Below are positions 49,644 through 59,161 of a DNA stretch of 64,000 nucleotides, piece by piece. Below the pieces are notes generated by a model, which had not been told where the DNA came from, did no database searches, and saw only the letters and a program-made list of their open reading frames with translations. The first letter of the stretch is position 1. Every line of letters begins with the position of its first letter. The stretch comes from Candidatus Bathyarchaeota archaeon (lineage in GTDB: Archaea; Thermoproteota; Bathyarchaeia; Bathyarchaeales; Bathycorpusculaceae), in the NCBI GenBank assembly GCA_963715865.1, contig OY970280.1:768001-832000 (forward strand). The letters are read 5' to 3'. Made by a program: the position numbers and the translations under genes.

Positions 49644-50051
49644 ATGATCGTTAGAAGTAATATTAATCCTTTCGCTAAAATTTGATATCCTGACCTCGTC
49701 AACATATACGATAGTTATGTAGGTGAAGGCACCAAAATAGCAAGCTTCGTCGAGATAGGCAACGCCAGAATTGGAAGGAATTGCAAGATCGAGGCTTTCT
49801 CTTTCTTGCCTCCTGGGACAGTGATTGAGGATAACGTTTTCATCGGTCCTCATGTAATAATAACAAACGACCGCTACCCAGATGCAAAAAGCAAAACTTG
49901 GAAAAAAGAGCCCGTCACAGTTAAAAAAGGCGCAAGTATAGGCGCAGGCAGTATTTTAATTGCTGGTGTTACTGTAGGTGTTACTGTAGGCGAAAACGCT
50001 ATAGTTGGTGCAGGCAGCATCGTGCCGCGTGATGTACCCGACGCCACTTAG
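49644..50051 (+). pseudogene. hexapeptide-repeat sugar N-acetyltransferase (WxcM/QdtC-like), inactivated
   Basis: MIVRSNINPFAKI*YPDLVNIY...KIASFVEIG...FIGPHVIITND..P; in-frame TGA at 49683; 12-nt tandem duplication GGTGTTACTGTA (49965-49988); premature stop before the GNPA-like tail. Confidence 0.8.
49722..49776 (+). repeat. 55-bp inverted repeat, left arm
   Basis: 51/55 identical to the reverse complement of 51374..51428, including 31 contiguous bp. Confidence 0.9.
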
Positions 50052-50088
50052 ATTCTTAGCGGGAATACAGGCAATTTTTCCAAACTTC

Positions 50089-50409
50089 TTACATTAGGCG
50101 GAAATTCACTGTCTTCGAGATTCGGCGTTTATTCAGCCAACCCATCCGTGAAAGTTGATTTAAATAGTTGCTTTCAATTGCTCGGCATCGCCCCGTAAGA
50201 TTTGATACGTCCACCGCGTTGCATTCGCCTTTAGAAGCCACAATAACGTAGGTCCTCCTTAAGTGATCAGGCAAAGTGATTAGTGAGGATTCAGGTACGC
50301 CTACGGGCTGTTGCCTCCAACCTGAGAAGCTGTTTTCAATATCGTCGAGGCGGTGACGTATACTCATCATCTCTTTGAATATGCTTTCAAGAACCGATCT
50401 CCGAACCAT
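50089..50409 (-). CDS. winged-HTH regulator with N-terminal coiled coil
   Basis: LITLPDHLRRT...A.DV...TGR.RAIESNYLNQL.RMG. Confidence 0.8.
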   Translation of the reverse strand: MVRRSVLESIFKEMMSIRHRLDDIENSFSGWRQQPVGVPESSLITLPDHLRRTYVIVASKGECNAVDVSNLTGRCRAIESNYLNQLSRMGWLNKRRISKTVNFRLM

Positions 50410-50768
50410 TTTTTCCCCTCATTTTTCCCTTCATTTCATATCAACCAACCAAGCGAAAGTACACAGAAAAAATGATTTAACATTTTTTGAGAACACAACT
50501 TAAGCGATTTGTCAACCAAACTTGGAAAGATGCGAAGCCAACTTCGCAGGATTGCAAAGACAAACTCGCAAGAACGTTTTGACATGCAAAAAAATCTAAA
50601 TTCAACAAAACAGTGCGTTCCTTCTTCCTGTTACTGATGATCCAAAGATGCTTCCTTTTTAGATTAAAGAACACCGAACCGGTCGGTTGTGTAAATACCT
50701 CTTTTCACGTAGCCAATACAAACTTTTTTCCTATTCGTGCAAAAAAAAGATAAGGTTAGAATTTTGGC

Positions 50769-51269
50769 TTAGCCTGTTCCATATATTAATATCTGGACGC
50801 TGAAAGATGTGATTCCAGTTATGCTAGAAGACACTGACAGCGTAATTGCCGCCGCAGTGGATTGCCCAGGTGCCAGCAAGGCGCCTTCTTTGTCCCAAGT
50901 TATTGTTAATGGTCCATTCGCGTTTGTTGGGTTCCAGTTGCTTGTCGCCATACTAAGCGTCAACGAAACTCCGCCTCCCGTATTTTTGACGTAAACTGTT
51001 CTGGTTATTGTTCCCCCTGGCGATACTGAACCCCAGTCTATAGTTGTCATAGGAACGGTGCAAGCACTATCAGAGTACACGCTTAAGCTCGATGAGAGAG
51101 CGTTTGAAGTGGCGGATATGCCCGATGAGGTGCCCGATGAGGTGACGATTGACCCTGATGAATTTATGCTTGTCCTTACGCTAATTGCGCCGAAAGCAGT
51201 TAAGGTCAAAGCTAATTCGACTAAAACTATCGCTATTATTGTTACCCTTGAGAATTTTCTCTGTGCCAT
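50769..51269 (-). CDS. secreted TasA/bundling-pilin-like beta-sandwich subunit 1
   Basis: Signal peptide, AISVRTSINSSGSI, VYSDSAC, IDWGSVSPGG, VYVKNTG, ends GTG. Confidence 0.75.
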   Translation of the reverse strand: MAQRKFSRVTIIAIVLVELALTLTAFGAISVRTSINSSGSIVTSSGTSSGISATSNALSSSLSVYSDSACTVPMTTIDWGSVSPGGTITRTVYVKNTGGGVSLTLSMATSNWNPTNANGPLTITWDKEGALLAPGQSTAAAITLSVSSSITGITSFSVQILIYGTG

Positions 51270-51373
51270 ATTATATCCTCATATGGCAAAGGTGCATTGT
51301 GAGTCTAAGAATTTCATTGTATAAGAGAACAACAAAAATACACATGCCACTTCTTCAAATCTCCCGCACAAGG

Positions 51374-51428
51374 TTTCAATTCTGGCGTTGCCTATCTCGA
51401 CGAAGCTCGCTATTTTCGTGCCTTCCCC
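51374..51428 (-). repeat. 55-bp inverted repeat, right arm (fragment of the acetyltransferase gene)
   Basis: Encodes GEGTKIASFVEIGNARIE on the minus strand. Confidence 0.9.
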
Positions 51429-51847
51429 AAAGTGCTAATATGCTCTATGGCGTTAACCTGAAGACAAAAAGAAGTTTCCACTGTAAGCATTAAGCGCAAA
51501 CTTCTTCAAGGCTCTAAGCATTCACAGGATGCTCAACAGTTATAACTTTGCCAAGCGTGACTTTGACTATACTATTGTAGAATTGCTAAACAACCTCTTT
51601 TCAGGCTCAAGGCTTCTTTTGCTGGCTCGATTGTCTGGACAATTGCTTTAGCGTTTGTTTGGACAAAAGAATTTAGTAAAGTTAAGAAATACGCGAACGT
51701 TCGAATAGTAACTACTCTGTTGTCTGCCGCTCTTATCGAAAATGGAACCTGAATCATTCTCGTTTGTCTTCCGGGTTCTGAGACGAAGCATCAAACCTTG
51801 GAATTACGTTTAGATAAAACAAAAAAGGAAAGAACGTGGCGGCGCTT

Positions 51848-52315
51848 TTAGCCTGTTCCTGATATCGTGATTGTGTTGCTGAAGCTCGTAATGCCAGTTA
51901 TGCTAGAAGACACGGTCAACGTTATCGTGGCAGCTACTGACTGTCCAGCTGAGAGTTGCGTCCCTTGCTGATTCCAACTTATGGTTATGTAGGTGCTTGC
52001 TCCTGAAGGGCTCCAGCTGCTTGCGGTCAAGCTTAGAGTCATCGTGCCGGTGCCTGTGTTCTTAACATAGACGGCTTGAGTGGCGGTGCCTCCGGCTGCT
52101 ACGGATCCCCAGTTTATCGAAGTTATGTTGGTAGCGCAGTTGCTGTCGGAGTACACTCCTATGTTTGGGGACGTTGTGATTGTTCCAGAGGAGGAGACGT
52201 TCTGACTGACGTTTATTGCTGCTAATGTTAAGGCTGCCAGCGCGAACGCGGCTACTGTTAAGACGACTACCACTAATTTTGAGGTTTTAGCCATTGCCAT
52301 GAGGTATTTCACCAT
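51848..52315 (-). CDS. secreted TasA/bundling-pilin-like beta-sandwich subunit 2
   Basis: Signal peptide, AINVSQNVSSSGTI, VYSDSNC, INWGSVAAGG, VYVKNTG, ends GTG; clear paralogue of 50769..51269. Confidence 0.75.
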   Translation of the reverse strand: MVKYLMAMAKTSKLVVVVLTVAAFALAALTLAAINVSQNVSSSGTITTSPNIGVYSDSNCATNITSINWGSVAAGGTATQAVYVKNTGTGTMTLSLTASSWSPSGASTYITISWNQQGTQLSAGQSVAATITLTVSSSITGITSFSNTITISGTG

Positions 52316-52329
52316 TGTTACAAGACGTG

Positions 52330-52344
52330 TATTAAGACTTAATA
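52330..52344. promoter_or_regulatory. 7-1-7 inverted repeat overlapping the TATA-like box of the pilin-like gene
   Basis: TATTAAG-A-CTTAATA, 15-29 nt upstream of ATG 52315. Confidence 0.4.
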
Positions 52345-52644
52345 AACATTACTTTATAACAGTTCACAGGGTACACCCGTTCATCACAAATACAAATTAA
52401 ATGGCGAGAAAACAAGTTTAATGAGACAAAAGAACTGCTAAAAGCACCTTCTATGTACAACACAACCACAACCACTCTTAACACAAAAAACGCAAAATGC
52501 TGCGAGCCAACACCAATCTTTTGAGTCAATCACGTAAAAATTCTTGTACAGGCGCATATCAGATATAACATTCATCATTCTAAAAGGGTAAGTAACTCAT
52601 CAGCATAACATAATACAGGAATAACCCGACAAAGAGGAAAAAAG

Positions 52645-52980
52645 ATGTTAAAGAAAGAACTCTTGTTCTTTTCTGCGATAATTCTGATGGGCTTCTTAGA
52701 CTGGTTAACAACAGTCACAGGAGTTCTCTTCTTCGGAGCAACAGAAGTCAACCCTCTACTCTTCGGACTAACAAGATCAAGCATGATACTCTTCAGCGCA
52801 GTAAAACTCTCAGCAGTCGTACTCGCAGGCTTCGCATTCTACAAAGCAGCAGCCATAAGCAGACCCACAACTAACGACTGGCACTTCATAAAAAGATTCC
52901 TAGACGGAGGATATTCACTAACCTTTCTCGCCCTCACCGCAGTAGTTGCCAACAACATGATAGCAGTCTTCAGACTGTAA
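52645..52980 (+). CDS. DUF5658-like small membrane protein
   Basis: D.LTT..G....GA.E.NP motif, three TM helices. Confidence 0.7.
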   Translation: MLKKELLFFSAIILMGFLDWLTTVTGVLFFGATEVNPLLFGLTRSSMILFSAVKLSAVVLAGFAFYKAAAISRPTTNDWHFIKRFLDGGYSLTFLALTAVVANNMIAVFRL

Positions 52981-53160
52981 ACACCAACAGAAAAACACCC
53001 ACTGAAAACCGACACCATTAACCTATTGAATCCCAAGGATCTTTTTATTTACGAATCCAACGAAAATACCCAAAAAAAACCAAAAGACAGAACAACCCAC
53101 ATAAAAGAAAAACCCAAAACAACAAAACAGTTAAGTTTTAACACGATTATATGAAGAATC

Positions 53161-54081
53161 ATGAAAAAGGTCCTAGTTACAGGCGGAGCAGGCTTCATCG
53201 GCTCGAATCTAGTTCCGCGCCTCATAGAAAAAGGGCACTCTGTAATTGTACTTGACAATTTGTCGTCTGGGAAACTGGAGAACCTGAGTAGCGTCCGAAA
53301 TAACCCTAATTTTTGCTTTATACAAGGCGACATCCGTGATAAAACAGCGGTGCATGAGGCATTTTGCAGGGTTGATGCAGTTGTGCATTTAGCTGCTTTG
53401 ATCGATGTTTCAGCCTCAGTAATTGATCCTTCAAAGACCCATGAGGTTAACGTTACAGGCACTTTAAATATGCTTCAAGCAGCAGAAAACAAAGTTGATC
53501 GGTTTGTTTTCGCTTCTTCTACAGCCGTGTATGGGAATACTGAAGCCTTGCCCATTAAAGAGACTGAAGTTCTTAGGCCAATTTCTCCTTATGCAGCGTC
53601 AAAAGTTGCAGGCGAAAGCTATTGCAGCGCTTTTACAGGCTGCTACGGCTTAGACGCGGTTGCTTTGAGGTTTTTTAACGTGTATGGACCTAGAAACGAG
53701 AATAGTCCTTACAGCGGGGTTATTACAAAATTTCTCAGAAAAGCTTGCAACAATGAGGTTTTAACTATTGAAGGGGATGGAGAACAAACCAGAGACTTTA
53801 TTCATGTGAGCGATGTTGCTGAGGCGTTAGTGTTAGCTCTAGAGCGTAAACAGTTGCAGGGTGAGGTTTTTAATATCTGTACGGGTGTGCCTACGAGTGT
53901 AAATCAGCTTGTTAATGTTTTAAGGAGTGTTACAGGCAAAAATCTATGCGTAAAACATGACTCGCCTAGGCAAGGCGATATTCGAGAAAGCTTTGGGGAT
54001 CCCGCTAAAGCAATGGATAAACTTGGTTTTAAGTCTAAAATAAGCTTGAAGAAAGGATTAGAGATGTTGCTCAAAACGTAA
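53161..54081 (+). CDS. NAD-dependent epimerase/dehydratase (extended SDR, GalE/WbpP-like)
   Basis: GGAGFIGS, HLAA, ASSTAVYG, YAASK, RFFNVYGP, DG.QTRDFIHV. Confidence 0.92.
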   Translation: MKKVLVTGGAGFIGSNLVPRLIEKGHSVIVLDNLSSGKLENLSSVRNNPNFCFIQGDIRDKTAVHEAFCRVDAVVHLAALIDVSASVIDPSKTHEVNVTGTLNMLQAAENKVDRFVFASSTAVYGNTEALPIKETEVLRPISPYAASKVAGESYCSAFTGCYGLDAVALRFFNVYGPRNENSPYSGVITKFLRKACNNEVLTIEGDGEQTRDFIHVSDVAEALVLALERKQLQGEVFNICTGVPTSVNQLVNVLRSVTGKNLCVKHDSPRQGDIRESFGDPAKAMDKLGFKSKISLKKGLEMLLKT

Positions 54082-54474
54082 AGAGAACTTATGCCTTTGT
54101 AAAGCTTTAATTCAAGTTTAGATAGAGGATTTCTAAAAAAACATGTGCCCCATAATCAATATAAGGTCCGTTTGAAAAACAGGCAAAAATAGCTCCAATC
54201 AACAACCCACCCAAAGAGAGATAGCACCTAAAATCAGATTTTGGAAGTACAATTCTAGAATATCATGCCGCTACGCGTTAAGTCGCAGGGTTCAAGCAAA
54301 AAACTAAACCCATCCAATTTCATTCCTCGTGCCGTCATCATTCTCCACCAGAAAAGGAGATGGCGAGCACCTAAACCTAACTCCGCAAACCAAAATCCCG
54401 TTACCAGCTCCGACCACCACACCAACCCCAACCCAGCAAGCACTTCAATCAGCATCTATATTGATAGCAAACGA

Positions 54475-54963
54475 TTAGGTTGCGTGAAGCCAACCGCGCC
54501 CGCCTTTCTTAGGCTGCTGAACCCCCCGTTTCTCAGGAACATAAGAAGCAACACGCTTATCACTCTGAGGTCTGCGACCGGTGATTTCTGTTTTTATGAA
54601 CTTATTCCAGCCTCCCACATGCGCATCTGGCTGAACGAAACGATCAGGGTCTTCAACCAGATGCTGCTCAAGAATCTCTCTAAAATGTAACGCCTTAAAA
54701 TCTCTAGTCGCGTGAATGATGGTGCCCCGTTCCACACGCAAACTAACATAATCATTCACCGAAACTCCCTCAGCCCTCACCTTATCGGCATAGCGCTCAC
54801 TCCATAAAAGCTTCCACTGAACCTTAAGCTCCTCAACCAATTTCTTCTGCTCTTCAACTCTGCCCTCACGGGAACCACCAATAAAAGCCTGAGCTGAATG
54901 GCGTAACCTGTCCAATTTATCCCCTCTTTCTCCACTCACATTTCGCCGAGACCTATTTAACAA
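54475..54963 (-). CDS. hypothetical protein, paralogue B of 21196..21582 (true start uncertain, probably near 54850)
   Basis: LVEELKVQWKLLWSERYADKVRAEG...GTIIHATRD...VGGWNKFIKT...QPKKGGRGWLH. Confidence 0.78.
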   Translation of the reverse strand: MLNRSRRNVSGERGDKLDRLRHSAQAFIGGSREGRVEEQKKLVEELKVQWKLLWSERYADKVRAEGVSVNDYVSLRVERGTIIHATRDFKALHFREILEQHLVEDPDRFVQPDAHVGGWNKFIKTEITGRRPQSDKRVASYVPEKRGVQQPKKGGRGWLHAT

Positions 54964-55316
54964 TTATTCTAGAACAAGATGATTTTTCTATAATCACTAT
55001 AGAAAAAACAACAGCTTATACAAAAACTATAAACTCAAAAGCCGAGTCAAAACATATCGGCGCGAGTTTAAGTGAATTTCAGGAATTTCAGGAACTACTA
55101 ATGGATTTTGTTAATCGTGATTCCAATAGTGCTACGTAACCAGTTTAGTTCTGACTGGAAAAAAATGGTTTTTGAGCGTTGCCGCCGGTGGAAACCTTTT
55201 ACGATAAAGCAGCAAGAAACCCCACGACCTCAGAGGGTGAAAGCAACCATGTTTGTTTGTGTTCTATAAGCTAGAAAGAAAATGCACACAACAGTTTTTA
55301 GAAATCAAAAATGAAT

Positions 55317-55394
55317 TGGTGGACCGGGCGGGATTTGAACCCGCGGCTTCCGCGTTGCGAACGCGGCGATCATACCAGGCTGATCTACCGGCCC
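55317..55394 (-). tRNA. tRNA-Ala(CGC), intron-less, CCA encoded
   Basis: GGGCCGG/CCGGTCC acceptor stem with G3:U70, anticodon arm CCGCG-TTCGCAA-CGCGG, T-loop GGTTCAAATCC, 3' ACCA. Confidence 0.97.
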
Positions 55395-55717
55395 GTTCAG
55401 GCGCTTTTCTGAAAAAATACCATATTTAGCACATTTAGAGCTTTCGGTCAAAAAGAATCTTCTTCAAAAATAGAGTAAGGTTAGTGGTGGATTGAAACTA
55501 GCATGCCAGCAAAAGCTTACCCTTCACCATATCCGTGTTCTAGTCTGCCGTGAGTTCTGCGGTAAGAAAACTCGTGTTCTTCTTTGCCGTTGCCAAACTG
55601 GTTTATGTGTTTTTGCAGGTCTGCTTTTGTTAAAAATATGCAAGCGCAGTGAGGGCACTTGTAGTATATGTTGTTGTTTGCTTCTTCCGCCATTTTTTCC
55701 CCTTCTATTTCATGGTT

Positions 55718-58700
55718 TCAGTGGATGTTAATGTATATTCTTTTGCCATCTAACTCGGATTCGTGCCATTCTGCTTCAACTTCGCTACGACTGCCATGCA
55801 AATACACTTTCCTAGACCGTACCAAACCAGCCATCTCCTCCAAATACGGTTCCAAGAGTGTCATGCTTTCAGCTTCCAATTCGGCAATGTGAACCGACTC
55901 TAAAACATCCGTCGGCACAAAACCCATCTCTTTGCGCAATGCTTGGACACGGCGCGCCAAATCGCGCATTATGCCTTCACCCAACAGAGTTTCGTCCCGT
56001 TGCCCGCTTACGAACACGGTTATGTCGCCTTCTTGGCTGGAAACCCAGTTTTCGCCTCCAACGTACTCTGGAACCTGCGCTGTGTATTCTGCGGCTTTCA
56101 CGTTTGTAAGCTCTAAGAACAGTGGCTCAAGATGCTTTAGGGCTTCAAGTGTTTTTTCTGGCGCAACCACGATTGCTTTGCTAAGTGGCCACCTGCGCTT
56201 CAGCTTTCCCTGTTGCCTTGCAGCATAAGCTATTGAAACAGCCTTAAGCAGAATCTCAAATTGCGCTTCGAGGGTTATGTTGCGGATTTTCTCGTTTGGC
56301 ACAGGCCAAGAAGCGAAATTCACTGATTCGGGCAGTTTCGGTTCAAGTTGCCTGTAAACTTTCTGGTACAATGCCTCACTCAGATAAGGCGTGACTGGAT
56401 TGAAGAGCAACGTTACCGTCTTCAGCGCATGATGCAGCAGTGCATAGATGGTTTGACGTCTCTCAAGAGTTTCAGGCTCGTCAGTCCAAAGTTCCTTTCG
56501 TATCATGGGCACGTACAGCCTGCTTAATGTTTCAATCACGAAATCATCCAAAACTGCAACGGCAGCGTTGAATTCGCATCTTTCAAGCTTATTGGTGTAA
56601 TCTCCGATTTTCTCTTGCAGTTTAGACAAGAGCCACAAGTCAGCTGCCTGAAGCTGATTCGCCTTGAAAACCCAATCTAACGTGTACTTTCTGGGATTAA
56701 ACTCGTCAAAAGTTGCATTTTGCATAAAGAACCTGCTCAAATGATAAAGCGTAGACAAAACTTGGTATGGTCGACGATTTAGTTCCTGCATGTCAAAATT
56801 CATAAAATCAATCGGCGAACATTTGCGCATCATGTAAAAACGGCACAGGTCAGCCGAGTTCTTCTCCAATAGCTTGTTGGTTTCGACCACGTTGCCTAAG
56901 CTTTTGCTCATTTTTCTGCCTTTAGCGTCCTGCGTTAAACCCTGAAACAAAAATGCCTTATATGGCCCTGTCGGTTTTCCAGTTAAAATAACGTATTCAA
57001 GCAGCAGGGAGTTTGCCCAGCCTCGAGTTTGGTCAATACCTTCAGTTAAGAAGTCTGTTGGCACAAACTTCTCAACTTCTTCATCTGAGAAGCGCGCGTA
57101 TGGCGAAGCGCCACTGTTGTGCCAAGTGTCCAGCACGAAATCTTCGCGGCGCATGGTTCCGCTGCATTTTTCGCATTTAAGTGTGATTCGGTCAACCCAT
57201 GGCTTGTGCAACTCGAAGTTTTCTGGAATCGTTTCCAGCGCGTTTTCTATGAGTTCTTTTTTGCTTGCAACTAGACGCTTATTGCCGCATTTTTCGCATG
57301 CCCAAATTGGCAGCGGTGTGCCCCAGATGCGTTCTCGGCTTATGCACCATGGCTTTCCTTCTTTGAGGAAGCTTAGGAAACGGTTTTTTGGTTCTTCAAA
57401 AAAGTACTCAATTTTTTCGGCAGCCTCAAGCACTTTGCTGTTTACCTTGTCTGTTCGTAAAAAGTACTCTTTTCTTGCTAGCCAAACTAGTTTGTGGTGT
57501 GAACGCCAGCAAGTTGGGTACTCATGTTTCACCTTTGCGACTTTAACGAAAGCGTTGCGGTTGCGCAGTTCCTCAACCACCAAGTAATCAGTATCACGAG
57601 CAAAGACACCGACGAATGTGCCCGCGTCTTTGGTGAATTTTACTTCATCATCAAAGGGAGCGAAAATGGGAACTCCTCTCCGCTGAGCTGCCCAAAAATC
57701 GTCTTCGCCGTTTCCAGGCGAAAGATGGACAACGCCTGTGGCGGTGTTAACGTCAACGAAGTCTTCGCCTATAACTTTGTGCACTAAGGGATGTTTGGTT
57801 TCGAGTTCTGCTTGTTTGGGAATTATGTCTTTTAGTGGGTAATCGTATGCTGTTCCTTCCAAACTTTTGCCCAAAATGGATTCGGTGATTTCATATTTTG
57901 TTATTCCGAGTTCCGCCATGACTGGCTCAACGCGTTGCTTCACCATTACCCAGATTTCTTCGCCGACTTTCACTTTCACGTATTCGGCATTTGGCTGAAC
58001 AGCAAGCATAGTGTCTGTTATTATAGTGAAGGGCATCGTTGTCCAAACAAGGAAAAACTCGTTTTTGCTGCCTGCGACTTTGAATTTAAAGTATAATGAG
58101 GGGTCTTCAACTTCTTTGTAGCTGCCTTCGTAACCGACTTCTGCGCTGCTAAGCGAGGTTTGGCAACCTGGGCAATAAGCTACAACGTAATGTCCTTCTT
58201 CGAGGAGGTTTTGTTCCCATGCGCGTTTGAGAATTTGCCACTCGCGCTCAATGTACTCGTCTTTGTATGTCCAGTAAGCTTTCTCTTGGTTGATGAATAC
58301 GCCTAAGTTTGTGTCGGCTTCAAGCCACATCTGGTGGTAGCGCATGATGGCTTTTTTGCACTCTTCAATGAAGCGTTCTTGACCAACACGCTCGACAAGT
58401 TCACGCTTGTTTTTAACGCCAAGGAGCTTCTCAACCTCGAGTTCCACGGGTAAGCCTTGGCAATCCCATCCAGCCCAAAACGGCATGTAGTAGCCTTGCA
58501 TGGTTTTCAATCGGTAACGAATATCCTTCATTACTCGTCCACGAGCATGCCCGATGTGTGGGATTCCGTTTAGTGTTGGTGGACCTTCAACGTAGCCTAA
58601 GATTGCTTTAGCATCCTTTTCGATAAGTTCCAGTTTGTCGCGGATTTGGTTTTTTGTCCAGAATTCGCGGATTTCTTTTTCTAGTTCAAGCGGATTGTAG

Positions 58701-58771
58701 TTTGTTGGTAAGCTTTGGTTTGAGTCGGCTTCTTCGTTTTGGGCAGTCACTTTTTCATTCCCGTACCGCAA
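55718..58771 (-). CDS. ileS: isoleucyl-tRNA synthetase (archaeal/eukaryote type); start may be GTG 58750
   Basis: EGPPTLNG.PHIGH, GWDCQGLPVE, WTTMPFT, WCISRER.WGTPLP, EG.DQTRGW, KMSKS. Confidence 0.95.
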   Translation of the reverse strand: MRYGNEKVTAQNEEADSNQSLPTNYNPLELEKEIREFWTKNQIRDKLELIEKDAKAILGYVEGPPTLNGIPHIGHARGRVMKDIRYRLKTMQGYYMPFWAGWDCQGLPVELEVEKLLGVKNKRELVERVGQERFIEECKKAIMRYHQMWLEADTNLGVFINQEKAYWTYKDEYIEREWQILKRAWEQNLLEEGHYVVAYCPGCQTSLSSAEVGYEGSYKEVEDPSLYFKFKVAGSKNEFFLVWTTMPFTIITDTMLAVQPNAEYVKVKVGEEIWVMVKQRVEPVMAELGITKYEITESILGKSLEGTAYDYPLKDIIPKQAELETKHPLVHKVIGEDFVDVNTATGVVHLSPGNGEDDFWAAQRRGVPIFAPFDDEVKFTKDAGTFVGVFARDTDYLVVEELRNRNAFVKVAKVKHEYPTCWRSHHKLVWLARKEYFLRTDKVNSKVLEAAEKIEYFFEEPKNRFLSFLKEGKPWCISRERIWGTPLPIWACEKCGNKRLVASKKELIENALETIPENFELHKPWVDRITLKCEKCSGTMRREDFVLDTWHNSGASPYARFSDEEVEKFVPTDFLTEGIDQTRGWANSLLLEYVILTGKPTGPYKAFLFQGLTQDAKGRKMSKSLGNVVETNKLLEKNSADLCRFYMMRKCSPIDFMNFDMQELNRRPYQVLSTLYHLSRFFMQNATFDEFNPRKYTLDWVFKANQLQAADLWLLSKLQEKIGDYTNKLERCEFNAAVAVLDDFVIETLSRLYVPMIRKELWTDEPETLERRQTIYALLHHALKTVTLLFNPVTPYLSEALYQKVYRQLEPKLPESVNFASWPVPNEKIRNITLEAQFEILLKAVSIAYAARQQGKLKRRWPLSKAIVVAPEKTLEALKHLEPLFLELTNVKAAEYTAQVPEYVGGENWVSSQEGDITVFVSGQRDETLLGEGIMRDLARRVQALRKEMGFVPTDVLESVHIAELEAESMTLLEPYLEEMAGLVRSRKVYLHGSRSEVEAEWHESELDGKRIYINIH

Positions 58772-59161
58772 AATACGCTAAAAGAGTATATAAAAGTATA
58801 AAGTGCCTTTGCGGAAGAGGGCATAGAACCCTAGTGCTCGGTAGAAACTTCCCTCGAGCGCAATTTATACTTTGATGTTCTGCTTGATTCTTGTGGCATG
58901 TGAGTTTTCAGCGGCAGCTGGAAGAGGGGTAGGCGCATTTTGTTTGGGCGTTTGAGTAACAAAATGAGGGGAGGGGGAGGGGTAGGAGGTTTACTTTTGC
59001 CTCTGCCACCTTGATGTGGTCATGAACCTTTTTTTAAGTAAGCTTAGCTTACCAGATCGTTGTGAGGCAGCTTTGCAGTCTGTACTATAGCTGCAACAAG
59101 CCTGGTGGCAATAGTTAAGATTATAGAGCAGTCATTAACCGCTTGAAGACCTAGTTACCGT

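Noticed and set aside
17060-49690. Stop-codon recoding (stops at 17066, 44676 and 49683 where Trp is expected)
   Set aside because: The three stops differ (TAA, TAG, TGA), all three codons end intact genes here, and the affected genes carry other lesions. TGG-to-stop by G>A is simply a common nonsense change.
54255-54690. ORFs 54265..54690 (+) and 54255..54455 (-)
   Set aside because: The first overlaps paralogue B antisense and neither has recognisable features. The many other short ORFs antisense to clear genes were ignored for the same reason.
55074-55094. 9-nt tandem repeat GAATTTCAG x2.3
   Set aside because: Too short to assign a function; likely a slippage duplication.
55317-55394. 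tRNA-Ala as an attachment site, making the 21-55 kb island an integrated element
   Set aside because: The tRNA 3' end faces the island, but I found no duplicate of it near 20.7-21.2 kb or elsewhere, and no integrase, transposase or replication genes.
58965-58990. G-rich tract (GGGG-A-GGGGG-A-GGGG-TA-GG) as a G-quadruplex
   Set aside because: Only three long G-runs and no functional context.
59038-59052. Palindrome GTAAGCT-T-AGCTTAC
   Set aside because: Single copy downstream of the kinase; no second site or candidate binder.
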